Assembly: GCA_965644265.1 (NCBI GenBank)
Contig: OZ286460.1
Coordinates: 71,672,001-71,736,000 of the forward strand
Reading direction: 5' to 3'
DNA: 64,000 bases
Source: Glycera tridactyla
Lineage: Eukaryota
The notes beneath the pieces were generated by a model. It did not search any database. It had not been told where the DNA came from and saw only the letters and a program-made list of their open reading frames with translations. The translations under genes were made by a program, and so were the position numbers. Below, in pieces: positions 27,104-37,530 of the stretch. Numbering within the stretch: position 1 is the first letter of the stretch; every line of letters begins with the position of its first letter.

Positions 27104-29160
27104 GTGAGTAACATTCCATCATTTCGGGCAGGGGGTACGTCACTTTGTGTCTCAAAGTGGCGTTCCCTGACGTCGGACGAGCGTATACTGGACATTGTCC
27201 GGCATGGGATCAGCATTGAATTCAAATCTACCCCAGTCCAGAAGGTGCCAGTGCAAACGCACTTGCCGACTGACAAGATAGGGGCCCTGAATGCGGAAAT
27301 TCAAAAGTTCTTGGACAAAGGGGTGATTGTTAGAACGGATAAGGAGCAGGGGGACTTCTTCTCTACCGTATTTTTGAGGGAGAAGAAGGAAGAGGGTAAA
27401 TTCCGTATGATCATTAACTTGAAACCCCTGAAGGCGCATATTGTATATAGGAAGTTCAAAATGGCCACTGTGGTTACTTGCATGCAGTTGCTGTCGAAAG
27501 GGGACTTTATGGCGGCACTGGACTTACAGGACGATACTACGCGCTGAAAATTGCAGACCCTTTTCAGAAATACCTGAAATTCATGTGGCAGGGGGCAATG
27601 TTCAAATTTGTGTCACTACCGATGGGGCTGAGTATGGGGCCCAGGGTATTCACCAAAATCACTAAACCGATTGTTGCATGCCTACAGGAAAAGGGTCACA
27701 CAATTAGCCCGTATCTCGATGACATGTTTTTGGCGGCGGAATCGAGGGGGGCGTGTGCGGCGGCTGTGACGGATACGGTGAAACTGTTCGGGGACCTGGG
27801 GTTCACAGTAAACCTGGGGAAATCTCAAACAGAGCCTACCCAATTCCTGGAACACCTGGGTTTTAGGATAGACAGCGCCAATATGCTCGCCAGTATTACC
27901 GAGACTAGGAGGGCCAAACTACAGGCTAGGGCTGGGCCACTATATGGGAGGCCTTCCGTAAGGCAAGTCCTGCGGTTTGCGGGGACAATAGAGTCGTGCA
28001 GGGCGGGTGTGCAGGCTTCATACATGCATAAATATGCCATTGAACTAGATAAGATAGAAGGGTTGAAAATCGCTCGAGGTAAGATGTCGAGGAAAATGTC
28101 CCTGTCCCCAGAGGCCCTGGAAGAGGTGGAATGGTGGCTGCGGGAGGCGCACATGCGACCCCGCCCTATTGTTTTGGCGAATGTTGCAGTACATATGATG
28201 TCAGATGCTTCGGACAAGGGTTGGGGAGCCTTCTTAGAAATACACGCCACTAAACAGAACATGGCGACGAAGGGGTCTTGGACGGGAGGGGACCGTCAGC
28301 TACACATCAATGCAAAAGAGGTATTGGCAGTGTGGCTGGGTGTACAAGCGCTGCTCTCTGAGGACGCTAACGTACATGTGCTGTTGAAGATTGACAACAT
28401 GACGGCAGTGTCATACATTAACAAGATGGGGGGCACAAAGTCGGTCAAATGCAGAGAGATTGCACGGATGATCTGGAGTTGGGCGCTGAGCAGGAATATT
28501 TGGTTGACGGCAGAACATGTCCCGGGGGTAGAGAATGTTCGTGCGGATGAACTAAGCAGGACCACGGATGCCAGATTAGAATGGATGTTGGATAGAGGGC
28601 TATTTGAACAGGCATGTAGACTGCTGGAGTTTATTCCGGACGTGGATTTGTTTGCCACGGGGTTGAACAAACAGGTGGATGTGTTCATGTCATTTTACTT
28701 TGAGCCAGGGGCGATTGCCACCAATGCTTTACATAATTCATGGAGAGAGTTTGACAGACCTTATATTTTTTGTCCTTTCAGCGTCATTCCGCTGGTGCTG
28801 CAGAAAGTGGAGACGGAGGGGACGACTGCGATGATGGTGGTTCCCTGGTGGCCGACTTCAACGTGGTTCGCCAAGATGTGCAGAATGACGACAACGATAC
28901 CGATCCTGCTCCCCAGCAGCCGTCGACTTCTCAGCAACCCACAGGATGCGACGTTGGTTCACCCGCTGTGGAAGAAGCTCAAGCTCTTGGTTGTCCTGGT
29001 CTCAGGGAGGCGCTCTACGAGGCAGGACTTAACAAACAGGCAAGCACCATTATTCTCCGAGCATGGAGGTCTGGCACTCAGAAACAATACCGGTCATATA
29101 TCAAACAGTGGGTCGAGTTTGCTATGGGGAGGGAAGAGGATCCCATTGATCCGTCTGTGA
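27104..29160 (+). pseudogene. DIRS RT - RNase H - adenine-methyltransferase-like ORF with a frameshift at about 27533
   Basis: KFRMIINLK; LDLQD(A)YY broken by a 1-bp deletion; LPMGLSMGPRVFTK; YLDDMF; RNase H SDASDKGWGA, HINAKEVLAV, IDNMTAVSYINKMGG, HVPGVENVRADELSR; MT-like DLFAT, YIFCPF, VVPWWPTSTWF. Confidence 0.93.
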
Positions 29161-29957
29161 CGGAGGTGCTGAATTTTTTGGCGGGGGTAGAAGCCAAGGG
29201 CAGATCCTACAGTACTATTTCGACAGCGAAAACCGCCATTGTCAACCTCATAGAATTGGCTACGGACAAACGGTTCAATAGTCCTAGGGTGGATAAGTTC
29301 ATGCAGGGAATCAAACAAACCAGAGCTCCTAGAAGGGTTATCAAAGAGGTGTGGGACCCATCTTTGGTGTTGGATTGTATTAAGAGTATGGGGGACATCT
29401 CTGAGGGGAGCCTGATGAGGATCAGCCAGAAAACAGCGGTGCTTATGGCATTGGCTTCCGGCCAGAGAGTCCAGACTTTAGCAAGTTTATTGTTGGAGGA
29501 TAGGTTGGAAACGGAGGACTGTATCTGTTGGAATGTGGCAGGTAAACTGAAACAGACGACGGTAGACAGACCGACTCCAGTGTTACACTTCCCAAGTCAC
29601 CCTGATGAACTCGTTTGTGTAAGGACCGTCATTAAAATGTACATTCGTGCCACATTTCATCTCAGACAAACATCGACGTTTTTCATCACTACGACTCCTC
29701 CTTTCAGAGCTGCGTCGGCCAGGACCATCAGTCGGTGGATCAAATGTATCCTTCACTTGGCTGGGGTGGACACGTCTGTTTACACGGCCCACTCGACGAG
29801 ATCGGCGGCCACTTCGAAAGCGGCGCTGACGGTGCCGATCGACAAGGTGTTGGCGGCCGCAGACTGGAAGGATGGTTCGACGTTTACGAAACACTGCAAA
29901 CGGAAGGTTGCGAGCCATGGCGATTTCATGAACGCGGTTTGGGGGCATACCCGCTAG
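28980..29957 (+). CDS. DIRS tyrosine recombinase; start approximate, overlaps the MT region; predicted catalytic Tyr reads Cys
   Basis: AWRSGTQKQY N-terminal domain, ASGQRVQTL, AHSTRSAATS, AADWKDGSTFTKHC. Confidence 0.92.
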   Translation, partial: QALGCPGLREALYEAGLNKQASTIILRAWRSGTQKQYRSYIKQWVEFAMGREEDPIDPSVTEVLNFLAGVEAKGRSYSTISTAKTAIVNLIELATDKRFNSPRVDKFMQGIKQTRAPRRVIKEVWDPSLVLDCIKSMGDISEGSLMRISQKTAVLMALASGQRVQTLASLLLEDRLETEDCICWNVAGKLKQTTVDRPTPVLHFPSHPDELVCVRTVIKMYIRATFHLRQTSTFFITTTPPFRAASARTISRWIKCILHLAGVDTSVYTAHSTRSAATSKAALTVPIDKVLAAADWKDGSTFTKHCKRKVASHGDFMNAVWGHTR

Positions 29958-31460
29958 ACGTTGTTGTATTCTGATTTGCAGACCTGGTTGCGAGACTTGC
30001 TCAGTCGGATGGACAGGCTGATCGAGAGAGTCTGACGAGTCTGATGATGCCACATCCTCCGCAGGTCGGGGGTGGACTAATTCTTCTCCATGCGCACAGC
30101 GCGCATATTCTGTTATCGGCTTGAGCCGTATAGGTTTGGTTAACTAGGTTGATTTGTTCTGTTGTGAGTAGGGAGGTGACGGACTTGTTGGAAGGATTGC
30201 CCATTTGTTTAGGTTCATACCCGGGGAATCGAGATTACTGGGTGTATTACACAGTCAACAGCCGGGAAATACGACATGGTGATGTCTGATGGTGATTTAT
30301 GACAATTGCTACTCGACCCAAGTACGGGCCGACAGTTTCTGTAGGTTGGAGGTGGAGACATGTGTTGGACTGTCCCTGGTCCGCGGGGCCCTGATGGCCT
30401 TATACTTGTGATAATTGAAGGAATAATTATTGCGTTGCAGACGTAGTCAATACAATATATATACATGTGTCAATATAATGTATGCTATTGCCCTTATGTT
30501 GGCGACGAGGAAGACTAGGCGTTTGGCCCTGCCCGCTGTGTACTTATATAAGATGATAGTTACAGTGTCTAATATGTACCCTATGGTAAGATAATTGGTC
30601 TAATATATGCTATTGCCCACATGAAGGCGACGAGAACGGCAGGACGCCTGGCCCTGTACTATATATGCTACTGCCCACATGGTCGGCGACAAGAGAGGGT
30701 AATGACGTCGGTGGGGGAGCTACTGGTCACCTAGACAGAGATAGAATTGCCTTCATATGCAATATATGTGCATCACAGTATGAAGAAACATAGTACACAA
30801 TGTGACTAGACTGATCAGTGATCCAGAGTTATATACAGCTTCTACGTAGAGACGTTGGTAATATAATGGGCGCATGCTGCGCAATGACATGTGTTTGGTG
30901 TGTTTTTCGTCGCCTAGGGACGAATATTATATGGTCTAATTGGGATTGGACCACTGACGGTGCTTGGTGGGTTCCGTCGGCCAACTGCTATACAGTTGGG
31001 AGAGGAGTTTTTGCTTTTCGGAAGGAGTGAGTTGCTTCCGGATTGATTCCGTTTGGATCGGGACGTGTAACTGGGAGCGTGGGCTATAAGCTACGCGATG
31101 CTAGATTACCGTAATGGTATCAGATTCTGTTACTGTTTACTACAGGAAATTAATATGTGGATGGTGTATGGAACAAAGTACACAAACAACGAAGAAATGG
31201 ATAATAAAGTTTATTTTCAGTGTGTTACTCTCGTGTTGTCTTCAGGACATTAGTACATGTGTGGGTTATACCCGGATACAGGGTATTTCATTGTGAAGTG
31301 ATACCTGCTACGCAGAGATGACGAGGGTGGTTACATGTTGGGGAGGATGGTCTCTCTGCGGGATTCTGGCCTTTCCTTCTTACCATTGGTTGCTAGGACT
31401 GTGCTGGTGGAATATGGGAGGCTATTGGGGTTGGATCGGCCCTTGTGCTGACCTGCCAAG

Positions 31461-31587
31461 ATTCATATTAGGTTGTTAGACTGAGAAGGGACACTGTGGT
31501 ATAATGCAACGTTAAGCGAACTTACCTTGTGTAGGTTGAGGAGCATTATACTAAGTGTGTCCCTTCTCAGTCTATTAGAGCTAATAT
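31461..31587. repeat. DIRS internal complementary region (ICR)
   Basis: 31461-31504 is the exact reverse complement of 24176-24219; 31505-31587 is the exact reverse complement of 31704-31786. Confidence 0.97.
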
Positions 31588-34500
31588 CCCCACCCGGAGA
31601 CGTTGTCGTGGCCCGCCCGAGATATTAGCTCTATTTTGTCGTCCGCACAAGCACCGCTCTTGTCTTCCAAATGTGACTCACGCATGCGCAGACCGTTCTA
31701 TTCATATTAGCTCTAATAGACTGAGAAGGGACACACTTAGTATAATGCTCCTCAACCTACACAAGGTAAGTTCGCTTAACGTTGCATTTTAGGCCATTGT
31801 GTTACGCAGCGAACATGGGATCCGTTCAGTGGCCTCTACTTGGCCGGATAATTTCACTATTCATACAAGTCGAGCTTCTTACCATGACCATGATAATAAG
31901 CTAATCATGTAACCAGTACCATTTGATATCACTGCTCTGTATAAATTGGTAATTCTGTGATTGGGGCTATATGATCATACATCAGTTCTGCGAGAGTGTG
32001 CGTCTAGATAGAATGCGATTGGTAACACATTTCAAACATACTACGGCAGAACCCGTACTCAGCAACCAGGCCAGAGTGAAATACAGTCGAACCTGCTCTA
32101 AAGACCACCTCTCTAAAAAAGACCGCCCTGAGCTGCGACCGTGGTAGTATATTCAACAGTAAATGACCCCTCTATAAAGACCACCTGCCTATAAAGACCA
32201 CTTTTTGATGCGACTGAGGGCGGTCTTTATAGACAGCTTTGACTGTATACTCATAAAGTGGCTGCTTAAGACAGGTGGTTGCTGAATACAGTGGCTGCTT
32301 AATACAGGTTCCACTACACACGTGTTGTTAAAGAGAGGTGGTTGCTCGTTGAGGGGTCGCTTGTGACAGATTTCAATGTATAATATCGTATCAGTGGTAT
32401 GATGACAGCGGTGCAATGAACTGGGCTGAGACAGAGCTTTTCGGGATGAAATGGAATTTTGTGGAATATTTAAGATAAAATGGAAATTCACAGAAATAAG
32501 TGTTTTTTAATGTCAAACTGACCCTGACATCAACGCAGTATACATCCAGCCTCTATGTGCGTTCCTTGTCAATGAAAGCTCTAGAGATGTTCTGACCCCT
32601 GCAGAGATTACTTACACAAACACTGAATACAAGATGATGGGAACCTGAAATTCACACGCACCTCTCCCTATCCTACATAAATATATTGGACAAGAAAATG
32701 GCATCCTTAACTATGTACCTGGCTGGAAGCTGATGTTGAAGCTGATGACTGATACATGAGTAACAGCCGTATTCTTCAAAACACTCTCTCTCATGAAGAA
32801 TTCTTATCTCATTCATATGCACAAACCACACAAGGAAGTTACCAATTTCACATATCACATTTATTGAAAGTGTGTGCATTTAACAAGAGCAGGTAGCATC
32901 ATAAGACTAGGCTGATGGTTTCCAATTATTNNNNNNNNNNNNNNNNNNNNNNNNNNNNNNNNNNNNNNNNNNNNNNNNNNNNNNNNNNNNNNNNNNNNNN
33001 NNNNNNNNNNNNNNNNNNNNNNNNNNNNNNNNNNNNNNNNNNNNNNNNNNNNNNNNNNNNNNNNNNNNNNNNNNNGAGATAGAGAATTATCCTTTCTGTC
33101 ATGATTACATGGGATGATGCAGGCACCAACAACAAGGGCATGGAGAATTCCTCCAACAAAACAGAACTAACAGTAATATGGTACACTGACAGCAGGGTGA
33201 GGAGACAGCAGCTCTACATTGGCTAGGAGTGGCTCCTGTCAGAAATATTCCGGTAGCCAAAAAATACCTTAAAATTTAGGAGCAAACTGGCTATCCACAG
33301 GTAGCAGGCATGAGGGCAAGAAGACATTTCAACAAAATTGACCTGCCCACCTAGAAAATCAACCTGTCAGGCTTATATAAGCAAGCCCTTCACATTGCAT
33401 TTCTAAATGCCCACCAGAAAAATCTTCCTGCCCCAGGCAGATGGGCAGCTATCTCTTCTCACCCTGTCAACTTACAGACCTGGAGATGAAAAGTGCACTT
33501 CAAACTATGCATATCTGACTGATCAACCTCCCCTTATTTTCAAGACCAACTACTCATGATCACCATCACTTGTTCATCGAGATAGTGAAATGAATATCCA
33601 CATGCCCACGAATGAATTTGACATCTAGAGTCTACCTCAGTTCTAACATGACCAGCGAATGTGAATGACCTCTTTCAAACATCTAGAGAATGCCCAGCAT
33701 CACAGAATCTCCACCTTGTGAAGGAACGGCCCATGGGGTAGTTTGTTTGTTTGTTTGAGGCTAAACGGCATCTATCAACCCACAGGATTATGTATGCCGT
33801 GTGTTCCTGGTTAATGAAAGCTAGATGGTCTCTCCCCTGAAGACATCACTCTCACAAACCCTGAACACAAGATGATGGGGAACTCCCTGAAAGGTTGTCA
33901 AGTGGAAGTAGCTGATGGTTCAGACACACCCCTACCAACTCTAACTCTACAAAAAAGACATATTGAACCTGATGATGGCATATCTAACTATGTAACTGGC
34001 TGGAAGCTAACACTCAAGCCTGATAGCTATGCTTTTTTTTTTACGCAAAGCGCAGTACTTGAAACAAGGAAAAGCATTAGGTTCGAAGAATACTCAAACA
34101 ATGTCTTCAATTACGAACTGTCAACTTCAAACCAGCTTTACAATCATGTCTTGCCCTATGCTTGCAGTACAATGCCATCACACAACCTAGTAAACCTAGT
34201 CGCAGCCCTAGTAACCCAGAACTGGTGTGCCTGGTACCCGCGTTTTGCATAGTGACAATATCTGCTACAGGCAAACCATCAGCTACCTACACCTGAGACC
34301 ATTTCACTGAAGAAATAAGAAATAGCTTAGAGGGATAGGAAAGAGGTCAAGAAAAAGAAATCTGGTGATAGTGCAATTTTGGTAGAAAATGCCTAAAGAT
34401 AGATGATAGAAAATTTTGAAGGTATGTTTTCCATTCAACCCCCCATTCCAAAAGATATTGAGAAGAAGAGAAGGGATGATGCTACACCTAGGCCACATCA

Positions 34501-37048
34501 TCCCCGATGGCGACACTTCAGAGTAAAAGTCCCGCACCCATTGGTGGCTGCCATCTATAGAGACCCTGGACTCCCACCCTACCCACCCCATGGGGTAGAG
34601 TAATGGGGTAGGCAACATGACCATAGACCCCAACCTTTGAAGGACAGAAATAGTAGCAGTGCAAATTTTAAAAGAGTAGCAGTGCCAGCTTTCGCCAGGG
34701 AATGAAGGGAAATCTTGATCTTCCTGAGTAGCAACAACCATAAAATGATAGAATTTCGGTCAAATATGAGTGGTTGCTGCTCCTATAATAATGCTGGTTG
34801 GCATCTCTGCATGACACTGTTTTCAATTTATCATGCTGAAACTGTGTGTTTTCATTTAATTTTGCTAAACCAGACACGTTTGAATGTGAATGTAGAAAGG
34901 CAGGGAACCCAACCTCTGATGACCAAAATCGGTGATGACGCAAATAGCCAACAATAATTATGGTAGTACATGTACATGTATTTGCAAAGGACGAGTAACA
35001 GGATGTTCATCATCGCAGAGTGATGTTTCACTTGATTTGCCAAAAATTTGGCTGGAAAAGGGTACTGTAATCAGTACTTTAAAATTGAAATGGTTAGCAT
35101 TTCAGGAAATGTGCATGTAGTTGGATGCATTTGTGAAGCCATTGGTTTGGATCGTTGCTTGGTTGGATGTAGCGTATGAGGGAAAAAAGGGTCACAGATG
35201 AAAGCAGACCACCGGAGATTATCATGCCATGATTTCAAAGTCAATGTAGTATACTGGATACCTCACTTGACAGTTGCTGCAGTGAAACCTCTTTTGAGAG
35301 ACTGCCCGTATTTGAGAGACTGCTTTTCATTCACATTGGGTTTTTTTCTATTTTGCATAGACAAATATACCTTAAAGGAGAGACCACCTCTCTTGAGAGA
35401 CCATTTTTGGTTGGCATTTGGGCCGGTCTCCCACCAGAGGTTTCACTGTATTAGGAAACAAGGATGAATAGATTATACTCGGCATGAACTTGGACAATGT
35501 GACAACACAGAAATAAACAAAAAACAAACATGATAGGTTGACCCTCCAACTACCGTGTTCAACTTTATGGAAAAACTATGCAATTTCAGATTTTTCAAAA
35601 AATTTTCCACACAGAACTAAATGTGATGTTCAAAATTCCACATGATTCACACATAATGAAGATGATTGTCCCAGGGGACAGGGCAAATGGAGAAAATTTA
35701 GGTTCACATAATTTTGTTCATGACAGCCGTATACCACGAAATAGTTTTGTGACAGCAGTGATCAAACTAGTATATATCATTGCGAGAAGAGATAGCCGCC
35801 CACCTGCCCGGGGCAGGTAGATTTAACAGGTGGGCAGGTGGAAAATGAACATAAATGACTTGCACATATAAGCAGGGCAGGTGGATTTTCCAGGGGGGCA
35901 GGTGGATTTTCATGATGTCTTCTCGCCCTGTATATTTGTTCTGCTACACATGGTTTTCTAATTCATCACAATTAACCAAATTTATACAAAAATGTATTGA
36001 ACCACTGAAAGAAACTTGATTATGCAAGTTTAACCATTCGCTACTGGGAAATAAATTTCGGGGAATAAATTTCGATGAATGTCATTTCCAACTTAAAAGC
36101 CCAACCAACCACCGGCTACATGGACCCAATATTTTAATGGTACCATGAGAATTACAGTTGTTATAGCAATGTGGCTTTTGGGGAAATACACAAGTAAATA
36201 TCTGAACTAAGCAGGCGTGTGATTGGATCACCACAAACAAAAAACCCTGAACAGATGCTTATGATATAACATCAGCAATACCTCCACAATTGAATACTCA
36301 AAAATGCTCCAGCTGCACCGTTACGAGATGTAAACGAAGACAAGTACATGGGTAATGAGCTCAAACAACATCATTACCATCTCTGTCCTCTGTTCATCTT
36401 TTCACTCAAAAAACCTGAGCTCAGGTTTTTCCCTGAATAAATCACATGCCTGACTAAGAGATTAGACCCTGAATTGTCTTGAGAAAGTTCAAATATTATC
36501 ATACCTCAAGGTTATCAACTCATCACACTCTATAGACGAAGAAATGCAGATTTTTGTCAGAACTGGCCGGTACTCTCCTGAAGGAGTGTTCATTGTATAT
36601 ACACCATGACACAAAACCAGTCTGAATCTTGAGTCACAAAAATTCACAATTCTAAGTGAAAATCCCTGATAAATGATCTGACCAATTATAAAGCAAAATT
36701 TTCTCACTCACCAGAATGTATTGAGTAAAAGAAAAGAGACGATCATTCAAATCATTCTAATACAGCTGGAGAAAGTATCAATGCATCCCAGACTATAGAC
36801 ATCAACCTGCCTGTCCAAAATACCTGAAATATTCAAGGACCCCTCCCCTTGACTGGTCATAGGTCCCCCCCCCCCCCCATTTTTTATGGAATATGTCATA
36901 AGTCTGTGGAAAATTTCAACTGATTGACCTCTGAAACATTACCAAAGTGGTATAAGACCCAAAACTTGGTTGAGCACAAAATCCATAGGGCATTGCTATT
37001 TATAAGCAACTTGTGATCATTAGGGTACTTTTTCTTCAGCTGTCCTTT

Positions 37049-37355
37049 CAGGGCTCTATGCTGAGGGTTGCACAGGCAGGTGAAGATATGGATAGGGCAG
37101 GTGATTTTATGAGTCTGCCTGCCCAATGGACAGGTACCTATCCATTCTTCAGCCTATGATAATATACAGGAGGGCAGGTGAAAATCCCAGTTTATTGGCC
37201 AGGCACAGTGGTACTTTCACCTGCCCTCCCTGCCATTTTCACCTGCCCCTCTACATATGACTACAGATTACATAATGGATGGGCACTTGAAATCACCTGC
37301 CATAACATCATCTGCCTGCCTGTGCGATTAGAGCAGGTCTTAGCATCGAGCTCTG
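37049..37355. mobile_element. hAT-like MITE with GGGCAGGTG subterminal motifs
   Basis: TIRs cagggctctatgctgag / cttagcatcgagctctg; related motifs at about 35780-35920; no clear TSD. Confidence 0.6.
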
Positions 37356-37530
37356 GTTATGAGCTGGTGCAATTGCAACTTGAACAAACATAGACTGCAT
37401 GACGTGTGAAACTGTATCAACAAAGGGAATCATCTCCAGGACAATATACATAACGTTAATACATGTATACATGTACACAATTTCAACATTGCAACTTTTG
37501 AAATACAAAACATGCCTGTCATGCCCCCTC

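Larger units (their letters stand above)
24175..31788 (+). mobile_element. Full-length DIRS1-like tyrosine-recombinase retrotransposon
   Basis: Left ITR about 24176-24250; right ITR about 31666-31745 plus an extension to 31788; ICR 31461-31587 complementary to both termini; gag, RT-RNaseH-MT and YR ORFs; ATT at both boundaries; flanks join to rebuild a family-A repeat. Confidence 0.97.

Noticed and set aside
28770-28979. N-terminal extension of the YR ORF given by the ORF track
   Set aside because: It overlaps the methyltransferase region in another frame; the true YR start is uncertain and probably further downstream.
33872-34252. 126-aa plus-strand ORF
   Set aside because: It is the antisense reading of a family-B repeat; other copies do not keep the frame.
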